Positions 28,300 through 37,680 of a DNA stretch of 64,000 bases are shown piece after piece; positions within the stretch are counted from its first letter, which is position 1; every line of letters starts with the position of its first letter. A program made the translations under genes and the position numbers. Source of the stretch: a virus (lineage: Duplodnaviria > Caudoviricetes); the IMG/VR virus record IMGVR_UViG_3300028364_000013; one strand, 5' to 3'. The notes below the pieces were generated by a model that saw only the letters and a list, made by a program, of their open reading frames with translations, was not told where the DNA came from and did not search any database.

Positions 28300-28546
28300 A
28301 AGCCTTTCTTTTTCATCATCAAGAGACCAAGATTGGGTTTTTATAGCAGACATGTTAGATAAATTGGATATTAAATATAAAATTAGAACTCTAACAGATG
28401 ATAGAGGAGAGTCATCTCAAGTTAATTTTTTCAACAAATATGACATCATTAAATTCTTTAAATATATCAATAAAACAAATGATTATGATAAAATTGGTTT
28501 AAAAAGAAAATATGATAAATTTATACTTTTAAATCAATATGTTTAA
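28300..28546 (+). pseudogene. LAGLIDADG-type endonuclease C-terminal remnant
   Basis: QDWVF...L.KL.I.Y.I....S....IIKF..YI.....IGLKRKYDKF; no credible N-terminus. Confidence 0.5.
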
Positions 28547-28552
28547 TTTCTT

Positions 28553-29476
28553 TTATGATTTAATAATATCATTATCTCTCTTTTCCAAAAACTTATGATT
28601 ATTAATGTGTTCTTCTCGCTCTTTTAATACAGCTCCAACATCCATATTCATAACTTTGTCTATAACTTCTCCAGGAACTCTAAATTCCTCAAATTCACCA
28701 TCTTTTTTAACAAGTACAACAACTGCTCCAAAAAAGTTTATGTTTTCATATTTAGTCCCCTCCAGCATTTTTAAAAGCAATTTTCCATAAAGAGGTAGTT
28801 GAACATAATAATGCCCAAGTGCTGTATCCCAATGATTTTCAAAAGGAGGTAACATTAACTTAGTCCACCTTCTAACTTCAAAATTTTCAGGTTTATTAGA
28901 TTTCCAATCTGTAATTACAATTCCGATGTTCCCATCCTTATCAATCATAAGCCAAACTTTATCTGGCTGACCAGTGTATCCAAACTCAGCACTACCAAGA
29001 ACCATCTCAGTATCAAGAAGAACTGCTCCTCTCTCATGCATAAGGTCAAGAAAATCTCTTCCAGATTGAATCATTGCATCCCCATCGCTTATTTGGTCTT
29101 CGTCACATTCAAATATTGGAAGTCTGACTTCTTTGTAGCTCCCGTATTGGTCAACAAGCTCTTGCTCCAGTATGAAATGGACTCTTGAGCCCTTATTGGT
29201 TGCGTAGCTTCCTTTTTCAGACCACTCGGTAAGCAATTCTTTCTCTTTCTGCTTATCTTCGCCACATTGTTTAAATGTCCCAGTCTTGGTGGAATCGAAT
29301 ACATGATAAAAAGACTTAAGTACAGTTGATACTGATGGAAACTTAGTTGTTATATCTCCTTTTAAATCTTTGATATAATAAGTATGCGTATCTTCAACAA
29401 AGGTCAAGGACATTTCCTTTTGCTTCTTGTCGATAACATCTCTTATCTCTTTTGCTATTTCTTTTAAATCTACCAT
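28553..29476 (-). CDS. PD-(D/E)XK (Cas4-like fold) exonuclease
   Basis: PSVSTVL, KGSRVH, GQPD, ITDWKS, QLPLY. Confidence 0.8.
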   Translation of the reverse strand: MVDLKEIAKEIRDVIDKKQKEMSLTFVEDTHTYYIKDLKGDITTKFPSVSTVLKSFYHVFDSTKTGTFKQCGEDKQKEKELLTEWSEKGSYATNKGSRVHFILEQELVDQYGSYKEVRLPIFECDEDQISDGDAMIQSGRDFLDLMHERGAVLLDTEMVLGSAEFGYTGQPDKVWLMIDKDGNIGIVITDWKSNKPENFEVRRWTKLMLPPFENHWDTALGHYYVQLPLYGKLLLKMLEGTKYENINFFGAVVVLVKKDGEFEEFRVPGEVIDKVMNMDVGAVLKEREEHINNHKFLEKRDNDIIKS

Positions 29477-29859
29477 TATAATGTTTCGTCAAGTTCACCC
29501 CAACCTACCATAATAGTTATAGGCTTTGCTTGATTTTTTGATGTAAGTTTATATTCTTTTGTGCTATGATTAACCTCCATTACTTTGAATAGCATTGCAG
29601 TATCTGTCACTCTATGACTAATCTCTTCTCCTGGGCCATATTCTGGTGCCAACACTTCAACTTTTTGTGGAGTTAGTATTGGCTCTTTTAATTTTCCTTC
29701 AATATTATCAAGCTTTCTTTCGATTTCTTCCATATAATATTCAGCATCAATTTTCCCCTTATTGATGTCATCTATTTTATCATAGATTTTGTTGTAAATT
29801 TCTCTTTCAGTTTCAAGAATAAACTTCTCTCTTTCTGATAATTTAGATAGTGTTTCCAT
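29476..29859 (-). CDS. hypothetical protein
   Basis: ORF in operon. Confidence 0.65.
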   Translation of the reverse strand: METLSKLSEREKFILETEREIYNKIYDKIDDINKGKIDAEYYMEEIERKLDNIEGKLKEPILTPQKVEVLAPEYGPGEEISHRVTDTAMLFKVMEVNHSTKEYKLTSKNQAKPITIMVGWGELDETL

Positions 29860-30617
29860 TATTGTATTATTTTTTTTACTTTTTCTAATTTTTCTTCACC
29901 TATAAGCTTGTTCATAACACTCCAGAATAACTTATCATTTTTTGCAAGACTATCTGATAACCTGAATATAGGAGCGCTCGATTGGATTCCTTTTAAAGGA
30001 ATGTCGTAAGCATATTGAAGCATAAACTTTTTACTAATCAAAACTGCTTCTGGACTTTCGTTAAGAAGAGTATCGTAATCTTCAGACTCTTCAACAAGAG
30101 CAAGAGCGCTTGGATAAAAATCTTTTAAAAGAGATTTATAAAGACTATCTCCAATTGCTGTTGTAGCTTTACCAAACCCTTTTGTTAGAGCTTCAATTCT
30201 CGCTGCTCTATTAATCACTGTTCCAACGTAAGTGTTCAAGTAACCCTTTCCTACTTTCCAAACACTACCAGAGTCAGCTCCAATTCCAAAAGAAACGTGA
30301 GTACCTGGATTGTCGTTCACAAACTTTTCACACAACGTATTTAAAGCCTTGTGTGCAGCCAATATATAAGCGTATCCCTTTTGGTCGTGGTCATCCTTGT
30401 CTAAGAAAATAGCCAATATACCATCTCCAATAGAATGCATCCACACTTTATCAGATATAGTCGTTGCCAGAGAATTTAGAGTGAAGTAATACTTCTCTAT
30501 AAACACCAGAAACTTCTCATCATCTGCATGTTGAAAATCCTTAAACGTCTTCGAGAAGTTTCTAAGGTCTGTAATCACAGACGTAGCATGTCTCTTATTT
30601 TTCTCTAAATCACTCAT
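29859..30617 (-). CDS. class III adenylate/guanylate cyclase domain protein
   Basis: VITDLRNFS, IGDGILAIF, GIGADSG, GTVINRAARIE. Confidence 0.85.
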   Translation of the reverse strand: MSDLEKNKRHATSVITDLRNFSKTFKDFQHADDEKFLVFIEKYYFTLNSLATTISDKVWMHSIGDGILAIFLDKDDHDQKGYAYILAAHKALNTLCEKFVNDNPGTHVSFGIGADSGSVWKVGKGYLNTYVGTVINRAARIEALTKGFGKATTAIGDSLYKSLLKDFYPSALALVEESEDYDTLLNESPEAVLISKKFMLQYAYDIPLKGIQSSAPIFRLSDSLAKNDKLFWSVMNKLIGEEKLEKVKKIIQ

Positions 30618-30898
30618 CCTATGTGTCCATCAAACTGTTTATATTCTTCAAGAGTAAGTTGTTGCCAACTAATTACCTCATAGTGCTCACGGCTCTTGTA
30701 TCCTTTATTTTCTATGTATTTTCCATACTTTTCATTGCAATCCATCTGCCACTGCAAAGGGTGTATATCTGTTAAGCATTGATTGTTGCCATCTATGCAT
30801 CCAGTAGAAACCCACCCTTCAGTTACTCCTGCGTTTCTCCATCCGTATTTTTTACAGTTGTAATATACGAAATAGTATTTAGGTTCCTTGTTCATCAC
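30614..30898 (-). CDS. hypothetical protein
   Basis: ORF in operon. Confidence 0.6.
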   Translation of the reverse strand: MMNKEPKYYFVYYNCKKYGWRNAGVTEGWVSTGCIDGNNQCLTDIHPLQWQMDCNEKYGKYIENKGYKSREHYEVISWQQLTLEEYKQFDGHIG

Positions 30899-31184
30899 TC
30901 ATTTTTTTAACAATCATTTCTACCTTTTCCTTTTTATCTATAATGTGATTGCACTCCTTGATTACTGCAAGATAGTCTTTGTACATATCCAAAAACATCT
31001 CAACATTTTCATTCACCATATCTCCAGATAATCTGTACTTAAGTTCGTCCTCGGTGTCCTCATATGATATTCTAATATCAGTCATGACATCAACCAGAGC
31101 AACAACTCTCTCTTCAATAGTCATTGTATTGAATATGCTCGCAACACCGCTTGGGTTGTTTCTTATTGAGTAGATATACTTCAT
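30879..31184 (-). CDS. hypothetical protein
   Basis: ORF in operon. Confidence 0.6.
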   Translation of the reverse strand: MKYIYSIRNNPSGVASIFNTMTIEERVVALVDVMTDIRISYEDTEDELKYRLSGDMVNENVEMFLDMYKDYLAVIKECNHIIDKKEKVEMIVKKMSDEQGT

Positions 31185-31789
31185 TCTTCAAGTGCTTTTT
31201 TAATATCTTCTAAAAAATCATACAATTCTTTATCAGCATGCATGCCAACATCAATTTTATGATTAAGCTCTTCTGAAAGCTTAAACCTCTCAACGCTTAT
31301 CGCATAATGCTCGAATAAACCATTAAAGTATTCCTGTCGATACTCACCATCATTTTCATGTATTGTTCTAATAAGCTCTCCATCTTGGTCGAAGAATGCG
31401 TCACAATAAGGAACGCTTACAATAAACATTTTTTTATTAGCCATTTTCTTTACTTTTTTTCTTTTATGCTTACCTCCAACCACTTCAACGACAACTCCAT
31501 AAACAGCTTTTGTCCATCCATTTACATACCCTTGATTGTTTGAAATCTGACAACCACGCTTATCATCTTTTGCAGTAACAAGGTGAGTGTACCAATTTCC
31601 TTTAACTTTGCAGTATGCAATATCTCCAACCTGAACGCTATCGCATGTAGCAGGAGCAAGCATATGTTCTTGGCCAGACTTAATAAGAGGAACCATAGAG
31701 TTACCTTTCTCGCTCGTCAAGAAAGATTCTCCACTTTGTAGTCGTTCTAATTTGTAATTTCTTGCCATTGTTTTTATCTCTCGATGCAA
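31181..31789 (-). CDS. peptidase S24/S26-like domain fused to unknown domain
   Basis: GNSMVPLIKSG..., VGDI.YCKV.G...THLV. Confidence 0.6.
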   Translation of the reverse strand: MHREIKTMARNYKLERLQSGESFLTSEKGNSMVPLIKSGQEHMLAPATCDSVQVGDIAYCKVKGNWYTHLVTAKDDKRGCQISNNQGYVNGWTKAVYGVVVEVVGGKHKRKKVKKMANKKMFIVSVPYCDAFFDQDGELIRTIHENDGEYRQEYFNGLFEHYAISVERFKLSEELNHKIDVGMHADKELYDFLEDIKKALEE

Positions 31790-31828
31790 ATGTATAGCAA
31801 ATATTTCAATTAAAAAAATTTTGTTCTT

Positions 31829-34126
31829 ATGATTTATTTAGACTATATTTACACACAGATAATTGACAACATGAACGACAGCAAGAAAGAGAAAGTAACA
31901 GGAATTATAGATAAGATAATTTTTCACAATCAAGATAATGGATACTATATACTAAGCGTATCTCTTCCAAATGATGAAGATGTAACCATTACAGCAAGCC
32001 ACCCAAGTCTTCACGAAGGTGTAACTTATGAATTTGAAGGTGGATGGATTGAGCATGCTCGTTTTGGAAAACAGATGAACTCTAAAGCTGTATATGAAGT
32101 TCCACCAAACACTAAAGAAGGCCTTAAGGCATATCTTGCGTCAAGTTTCTTTCCAGGAATTGGTCCAGTTATCGCAAATCGAATAATCAAGCATTTTAAA
32201 AATGATGATGTCATAAGAGTGTTTAACGAAGACATCGAACTGCTTCTTGATGTTCCTGGAGTTTCTAAAAAGAAGTTAGAAGCAATCAAGGAGTCATGGG
32301 AGGCAAACAACGAAATAAATGAAATAATGATGTTCCTTCAGCAATTTGGTATTACCACTGTATATGCTGCAAAGATTTATAAGCATTATGGAAAAGGTTG
32401 TGTTGCTCAAATCAAAGAGAGACCTTATGAGATTGCAAGAGATATTAAAGGAATAGGATTCAAGTATGCAGATAAAATTGCTCTTGAAGTTGGTGTTGAG
32501 CCTGATAGCGAAGAGAGAATAAAAGCCTGCATTATGCACATCCTTGAATCTGGTAGTCTTGATGGTCATTGCTATTTATTAAGAGAGCAAATTACTATTA
32601 AGTCAACCGAATTACTTGGAGTTGACATTAGACCCCAAGTTGAGAACATCTTAAAGTATATGATTCAAGAAAAAGATATTTTAACAATATATCTTGATGA
32701 TGAAGAAAACGAAACAAGGTACTATTCTAAAAAGCTTTATTATAATGAAAAAAAATGTGCCAACAGAATTGGAGAACTTTTATTAAATCACAAAAACATT
32801 GAAATATCTGAAACAATAATTGAAACTGGCAAATTAAGTAATGAACAAAAAGAATCAGTTTTTGGAGTTATATCTAAAGGGGTTTCAATATTAACTGGAG
32901 GCCCTGGTTGTGGAAAAACATATACAACAAAAACTATTGTTGAAGTATTGTTGAAATTAGGTAAAAACTTAGCGGTTTGTGCTCCTACAGGAAAAGCTGC
33001 ATTACGTAGCACATCAGTTATTGGATTTGAAGCTTCAACTATTCATAGACTTCTTGGTTGGGACCCAGAGAGTTTTGGATTTATGCATAATGAAAATAAT
33101 CCATTACCATTTGATTTTATAATAACAGAAGAAGCTTCGATGATTGATATAAATTTAATGTCATCATTTTTAAAAGCAATACCTGACGAATGTCAGATAT
33201 TATTTGTTGGAGACCACAATCAATTACCCCCTGTAAATGCTGGAGCACCATTTAGAGATATGATAGAAAGCGAAATTGTTCCAACATTTAAACTTACTGA
33301 AATTTTTAGACAAGCTAAAAACTCTGAAATCATAACTTCAGCACATGATATAAATAATGGAATAATGCCTGTAATCAAAAATCCTTTAATAAATCCAGAG
33401 ATTTGGAAAGATGGAACAGATTGTATGTTTATTGACTCTGGAGTTGGTGAATATGGAAGGCCGAATAGTGAATATCCAGAGCGGTCTTCTCTTAGATATG
33501 GTATGGATGTGGTGGATATGATTAAAAACATTTACACTAAAACTATAAAAAAGTACTATAACACAGATGATATTCAAATATTAATCCCAATGAAAGTATC
33601 TGATTTAGGAACTATTAAAATAAACTCAATTATTCAAGAAACAATAAATCCACTAAAAAGAGGAGATGAAGAAATAAAAATAGGTGATAAAAAATTTAGA
33701 AAAAACGATAAAGTAATCCATATACAGAATAATTATGACCTTGAGGTTTTTAATGGAGAAATAGGAAAGATAATATTAATTGATTCCATTTCTGGTTTTT
33801 GTGAAGTAGAATTTGATGGGGGTAAAATAATTAAATATAAAAAATCAAATATGATTGAACTTGAACTTTCGTTTGCCGTTTCAATACATAAATACCAAGG
33901 CAGTGAATGTTCTTGCATAATATTACCAATAATGCCAACATACAACAGAATGCTTGAGAGAACTTTAATCTATACTGGAATCACTCGTGCAAAAAAATTG
34001 TGTATTTTTATTGGCAAAAGAGAATCGTTGCAAAAAGCTGTTAATACAGTTAATTCATCTAAAAGACAAACTTCTCTTAAAGAACTTTTAATTGAGTCTG
34101 ATATGGTAAATTCACTTATCCCTTAA
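31829..34126 (+). CDS. recD2: RecD2-type SF1B helicase
   Basis: N-terminal OB, GIGP and GIGFKYAD HhH motifs, TGGPGCGKT, EEASM, GDHNQLPPV, SIHKYQGSE, YTGITRAK. Confidence 0.92.
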   Translation: MIYLDYIYTQIIDNMNDSKKEKVTGIIDKIIFHNQDNGYYILSVSLPNDEDVTITASHPSLHEGVTYEFEGGWIEHARFGKQMNSKAVYEVPPNTKEGLKAYLASSFFPGIGPVIANRIIKHFKNDDVIRVFNEDIELLLDVPGVSKKKLEAIKESWEANNEINEIMMFLQQFGITTVYAAKIYKHYGKGCVAQIKERPYEIARDIKGIGFKYADKIALEVGVEPDSEERIKACIMHILESGSLDGHCYLLREQITIKSTELLGVDIRPQVENILKYMIQEKDILTIYLDDEENETRYYSKKLYYNEKKCANRIGELLLNHKNIEISETIIETGKLSNEQKESVFGVISKGVSILTGGPGCGKTYTTKTIVEVLLKLGKNLAVCAPTGKAALRSTSVIGFEASTIHRLLGWDPESFGFMHNENNPLPFDFIITEEASMIDINLMSSFLKAIPDECQILFVGDHNQLPPVNAGAPFRDMIESEIVPTFKLTEIFRQAKNSEIITSAHDINNGIMPVIKNPLINPEIWKDGTDCMFIDSGVGEYGRPNSEYPERSSLRYGMDVVDMIKNIYTKTIKKYYNTDDIQILIPMKVSDLGTIKINSIIQETINPLKRGDEEIKIGDKKFRKNDKVIHIQNNYDLEVFNGEIGKIILIDSISGFCEVEFDGGKIIKYKKSNMIELELSFAVSIHKYQGSECSCIILPIMPTYNRMLERTLIYTGITRAKKLCIFIGKRESLQKAVNTVNSSKRQTSLKELLIESDMVNSLIP

Positions 34127-35092
34127 TGTTCTATATTTATAAAACTCTTGTGATTCTAATTGTTTAAAATTTAATAAATTTAAAACTATTTCAGGAGAAT
34201 TGTTATACAAATCCACAAAATAAATCTCTTTATCAATTTTCCATAAAATTATTAATCCAATATTATTTTCTTTACAATATTTTTCTTTTATTTTATCTCT
34301 TTTCTGTGTCTCTTTTAATTTTTCGATTCCACCGAAATATTCAACAGATTCAAAATGTTGATTTCCATGATATTCTATACACACATTTTGTTTTGGCAAA
34401 TAAAAATCAAATTTTAAATGCAAAATATATTTACAATCATTAAATTTTTTCTCACCTTCCAACTTTACCATGTTTTCTTTTAAAATTTTATAAATCATTT
34501 TTTCTCCATTTGAAAACTTGCACTTAGGACACCCATCGCCTCTTTTATGTGCGTTAGGGGTTTGCTTAAAATCACCATGATTTGAACATATGATAGATAC
34601 TTTTTTCATACAATTATCATAATTAACTTTTGAGTAATCATATTTATCTCCATGAACTAATTTAGAATCAGATATAAACTCTTTCAATGTCAATCTTGAT
34701 TTATTTGCATTTAATTTAATTCCACACTTTATACAACCATATTTTAAATGATTTTTAGGAGTTTGTTTAAACTCTCCATGTTCTGGACAAATAATTTTTA
34801 CTGCTTTTAAAGAATTGTTGTATTGAACTAGAGAGTAATCGTATTTATTTGTATGTATATTCCTCACCTTTTTAATAAATTCTTCAGTCGTTATATTTTT
34901 GTTAACACATTTTGGACACCCCTGTCCTCTAAAATGTTTTTCTGCAGATTGTTCAAAAATACCATGTTCTGAACAAATAATTTCAACCTTCAATTTACTC
35001 CCTAAATATTCAACAAGTGAATAATCATATTTGTATTCATGAATTTTATTTGACCTTTCTGTAAACTCTTCTGTTGTTAGTTTTACTGACAT
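34112..35092 (-). CDS. putative homing endonuclease: YDYS/IC..HG repeats + Vsr/DUF559-like nuclease
   Basis: 3 repeats KYDYS.V.Y.....V.IIC..HG.F.Q; KFDFYLP...IEYHGNQH. Confidence 0.8.
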   Translation of the reverse strand: MSVKLTTEEFTERSNKIHEYKYDYSLVEYLGSKLKVEIICSEHGIFEQSAEKHFRGQGCPKCVNKNITTEEFIKKVRNIHTNKYDYSLVQYNNSLKAVKIICPEHGEFKQTPKNHLKYGCIKCGIKLNANKSRLTLKEFISDSKLVHGDKYDYSKVNYDNCMKKVSIICSNHGDFKQTPNAHKRGDGCPKCKFSNGEKMIYKILKENMVKLEGEKKFNDCKYILHLKFDFYLPKQNVCIEYHGNQHFESVEYFGGIEKLKETQKRDKIKEKYCKENNIGLIILWKIDKEIYFVDLYNNSPEIVLNLLNFKQLESQEFYKYRTLRDK

Positions 35093-35093
35093 C

Positions 35094-35246
35094 TTAAACT
35101 CCTTTTTCTAAAGACTCTCTAATAACCTCTGATACTTTAACTATTCTCTTTTCTTCATTACTACGCTTAATAGCCTTTTCTACGTATTTCTGGTATAACT
35201 CATAACTCAGTCTAACGCTCAAGTGTTTATCAATTGTTTTTTTCAT
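35094..35246 (-). CDS. 50-aa ribbon-helix-helix-like protein (not in ORF track)
   Basis: MKKTIDKHLSVRLSYELYQKYVEKAIKRSNEEKRIVKVSEVIRESLEKGV; stop 1 nt before endonuclease start. Confidence 0.7.
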   Translation of the reverse strand: MKKTIDKHLSVRLSYELYQKYVEKAIKRSNEEKRIVKVSEVIRESLEKGV

Positions 35247-35303
35247 TGTAATATTGTATATTTGTGTTACAATTATAAATAGTAATAAAAATAAAAATCA
35301 TAT

Positions 35304-35460
35304 ATGAATAGAAAACCACTTGGATATTGGACAAAAGAATTATATCATGAAACAGCTCTAAAGTGTGATTCAAGAAGTGAGTTTCAAAAAAAATATAGTG
35401 GAGCTTATCAAGCTGCTTATAGCAATGGTTGGCTCGATGAAATTTGTCCCCATATGAGAC
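35304..35460 (+). pseudogene. endonuclease-associated DNA-binding repeat fragment
   Basis: GYWTKE....ALKC.SRSEF.KKYSGAY.AA..NGWLDEICPHM. Confidence 0.55.
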
Positions 35461-35704
35461 GATACAAACCTGCGTTATCATTCCAATCATGACTCAATAC
35501 TCAAGAATGCTTTATAGAAATTTATTGTACACAGGACTTACAAGAGCAAAGAAGTTGGCTGTATTTGTTGGACAACGTAAGGCGTTTAATATGGCGATTG
35601 ATAATGTTGACCCAAGAGCAAGACAAACCTCCTTAAAAGAGCTGTTAATTGAGACTGGGATTATAAAAAAAGGAGTTAATCTTTTACGACAACTCCTTCT
35701 TTAA
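35460..35704 (+). pseudogene. second, diverged copy of RecD2 C-terminus
   Basis: CVIIPIMTQYSRMLYRNLLYTGLTRAKKLAVFVGQRK...RQTSLKELLIE aligns to the end of 31829-34126. Confidence 0.85.
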
Positions 35705-36056
35705 TATCTTTAATGTACTGTTCCTTTGTGCCTTCAAGTTCATTATATTCCTCTTCTGATACAAAATCGCAATCTACAAATTCAAGCTCAATCTTTTTTA
35801 ATATCGCCTGCCTGGCTTTCATCTTAGCGAAAAAAGCTGCCCTGGCTGGTATAAACATCTCATACTCTTTATGACTCTCTTGTGGGTTTAAAGGGTCGTT
35901 AACCTTTATAGTAAACTTTACAAAGTACATCCTGTTCTTTAAAGCTCTCTCTTTACGAACTTTCTTTTTCTTATATGTACCAAGCTTCCACTTCCTAAAG
36001 AGGTCGAAGAATTTTAAAATAAACTTAGGTAAATTTGAAGGTTCGTTTTTTGTCAT
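35676..36056 (-). CDS. hypothetical protein
   Basis: ORF in operon. Confidence 0.65.
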   Translation of the reverse strand: MTKNEPSNLPKFILKFFDLFRKWKLGTYKKKKVRKERALKNRMYFVKFTIKVNDPLNPQESHKEYEMFIPARAAFFAKMKARQAILKKIELEFVDCDFVSEEEYNELEGTKEQYIKDIKEGVVVKD

Positions 36057-36059
36057 TTG

Positions 36060-36458
36060 TTATTTTGCTAAAAAACCTTCAAAATTAGATTTTATATTAT
36101 TTAATTGAGCACTGTCTTTTATGTAATCAAGAACCTCACCGTCTTCAATGTTGTATGGTATTGCAAACAAGTCAAAAACTCCATCTTCAAATGAAAATAT
36201 TGCAACATAATCATTATTAATGTCTCCACCTTTAGGGAAATCAAGAGATAAATACACTCTTTTAGCGCCATTGTTTTTGTATTCTGCAAACCTCCTATAA
36301 CAAGAAGCAACATCACCACCTAATGCTAATGCGTTTATTTCAAACTTATTATCTTTTGTTTCTACAAAAAGTTGAAATGGGTAATGACCATAACAATTGC
36401 TATTTTCAATGAAATCTATTTTCACCATTGATTCTACAAATTCTTCTACTGTATTCAT
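36060..36458 (-). CDS. hypothetical protein
   Basis: ORF in operon. Confidence 0.65.
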   Translation of the reverse strand: MNTVEEFVESMVKIDFIENSNCYGHYPFQLFVETKDNKFEINALALGGDVASCYRRFAEYKNNGAKRVYLSLDFPKGGDINNDYVAIFSFEDGVFDLFAIPYNIEDGEVLDYIKDSAQLNNIKSNFEGFLAK

Positions 36459-36475
36459 TTTTATAAATTTAATTT

Positions 36476-36766
36476 TTAAACAAAATTTGCTCCTCCTTTA
36501 TAGAAAATATAATGAGATTTACAAGGTAATTGATAATTCCCAACACTTGGTTGCATACTTATATTATCATTTGAATCTAATTGGTAACTCCACTCTCCTT
36601 TTCCCAATGGCATAACCGTCTTACTACCGCATCCACACATACATTTATGAATAGATACGCTGTAAATGTCAGAAATGTAAATTACATTATCTTCAAATTC
36701 ATTAAAATCAGGCATGGTTTCCACTTTTTTATATGTTACCTCTATCCTGTTTTTAGTTTTTTTCAT
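36476..36766 (-). CDS. DUF6527-like protein
   Basis: HKCMCGCG...PL...W......PSVGN....CKSHY. Confidence 0.65.
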   Translation of the reverse strand: MKKTKNRIEVTYKKVETMPDFNEFEDNVIYISDIYSVSIHKCMCGCGSKTVMPLGKGEWSYQLDSNDNISMQPSVGNYQLPCKSHYIFYKGGANFV

Positions 36767-37035
36767 TTATTCTTTATAAATTCAATTAAAGCTTTTTTGC
36801 TTAGTATGATTGTATCTTCAAGTGATGCTGCTAAAAGATTGTCGGGAGTATTTTCTTGCAAATATCCAAGGCCAGTTACAAGCCACATGGCTCCATCATC
36901 AACTTTTACTTCCGCAGCGTTTCCACCTTGTGTTTTTTTTAATGTTCCAATAAGCTTGTGTACGTTTTCGTCTAAGACCAAATTGTCATATTGCAAGCCT
37001 TCAAGTTCTTTGTCTTTCATAATTTCTCTTTGCAA
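36763..37035 (-). CDS. hypothetical protein
   Basis: ORF in operon. Confidence 0.55.
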   Translation of the reverse strand: MQREIMKDKELEGLQYDNLVLDENVHKLIGTLKKTQGGNAAEVKVDDGAMWLVTGLGYLQENTPDNLLAASLEDTIILSKKALIEFIKNK

Positions 37036-37103
37036 AAAAATACAAAGAAAAATTATGAAAGTAAAGAACTTATCCCATTATACGAAAAAAAAATAAAAAT
37101 GTT

Positions 37104-37673
37104 TTATTCTACTCCTAAATCATTTCTCTCTCTATCGAAAAAGTAGTCTCTCGCAACCTGTGAGATGTATTTATTAATCTCCTTTGGCTCAAGTCCAGCG
37201 TCAGCAATAACATCAAGCTCTTCCTTCATAACGTCATTAATTACCATTCTAAGGTAATCACCAAGCTTCGCTCTGTCAACATGCCCTCCGTTGATTAAAT
37301 CAAATGTTTCTGAAAGCATTTGTTCTAAACGCCAATTTGGAGTAACCTTATTTACAGTCTCATGAATTTTATTAAGCTTCTCATTATCAACAACCTTAAG
37401 TGTTTTTACTTTTGACGCACCAGCATGCTTTTCACCTTTGGATTTAAAAATATGTCTTGACCCATCTTCCATTAGACAGGAAAAGACAATCCCTTCACCA
37501 ATCCCTATTTCTTCAAATTCTTTTGCAACAGGACATTCATTTTCAACTTCAAGAGTCATATTAATTATATCATTCTGCACAATATCTGGTCTATTGAAGT
37601 CAATATCCACTTCGTAGGTCTTGAAGTCTTCAATATTATAAATTTTATTTTCTGGTGAACTTAAATTTTTCAT
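37104..37673 (-). CDS. RNA ligase (Rnl2-like), C-terminal half
   Basis: VENECPVAK, motif IV GEGIVF, motif V FKSKGEKH. Confidence 0.8.
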   Translation of the reverse strand: MKNLSSPENKIYNIEDFKTYEVDIDFNRPDIVQNDIINMTLEVENECPVAKEFEEIGIGEGIVFSCLMEDGSRHIFKSKGEKHAGASKVKTLKVVDNEKLNKIHETVNKVTPNWRLEQMLSETFDLINGGHVDRAKLGDYLRMVINDVMKEELDVIADAGLEPKEINKYISQVARDYFFDRERNDLGVE

Positions 37674-37680
37674 GTTTATT

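Noticed and set aside
28553-29476. CRISPR-associated Cas4
   Set aside because: No Fe-S cysteine set, cas1 or array seen; a generic phage PD-(D/E)XK exonuclease
31829-35704. Diversity-generating retroelement TR/VR pair for the duplicated recD2 end
   Set aside because: No reverse transcriptase in the window, and the differences are not adenine-specific
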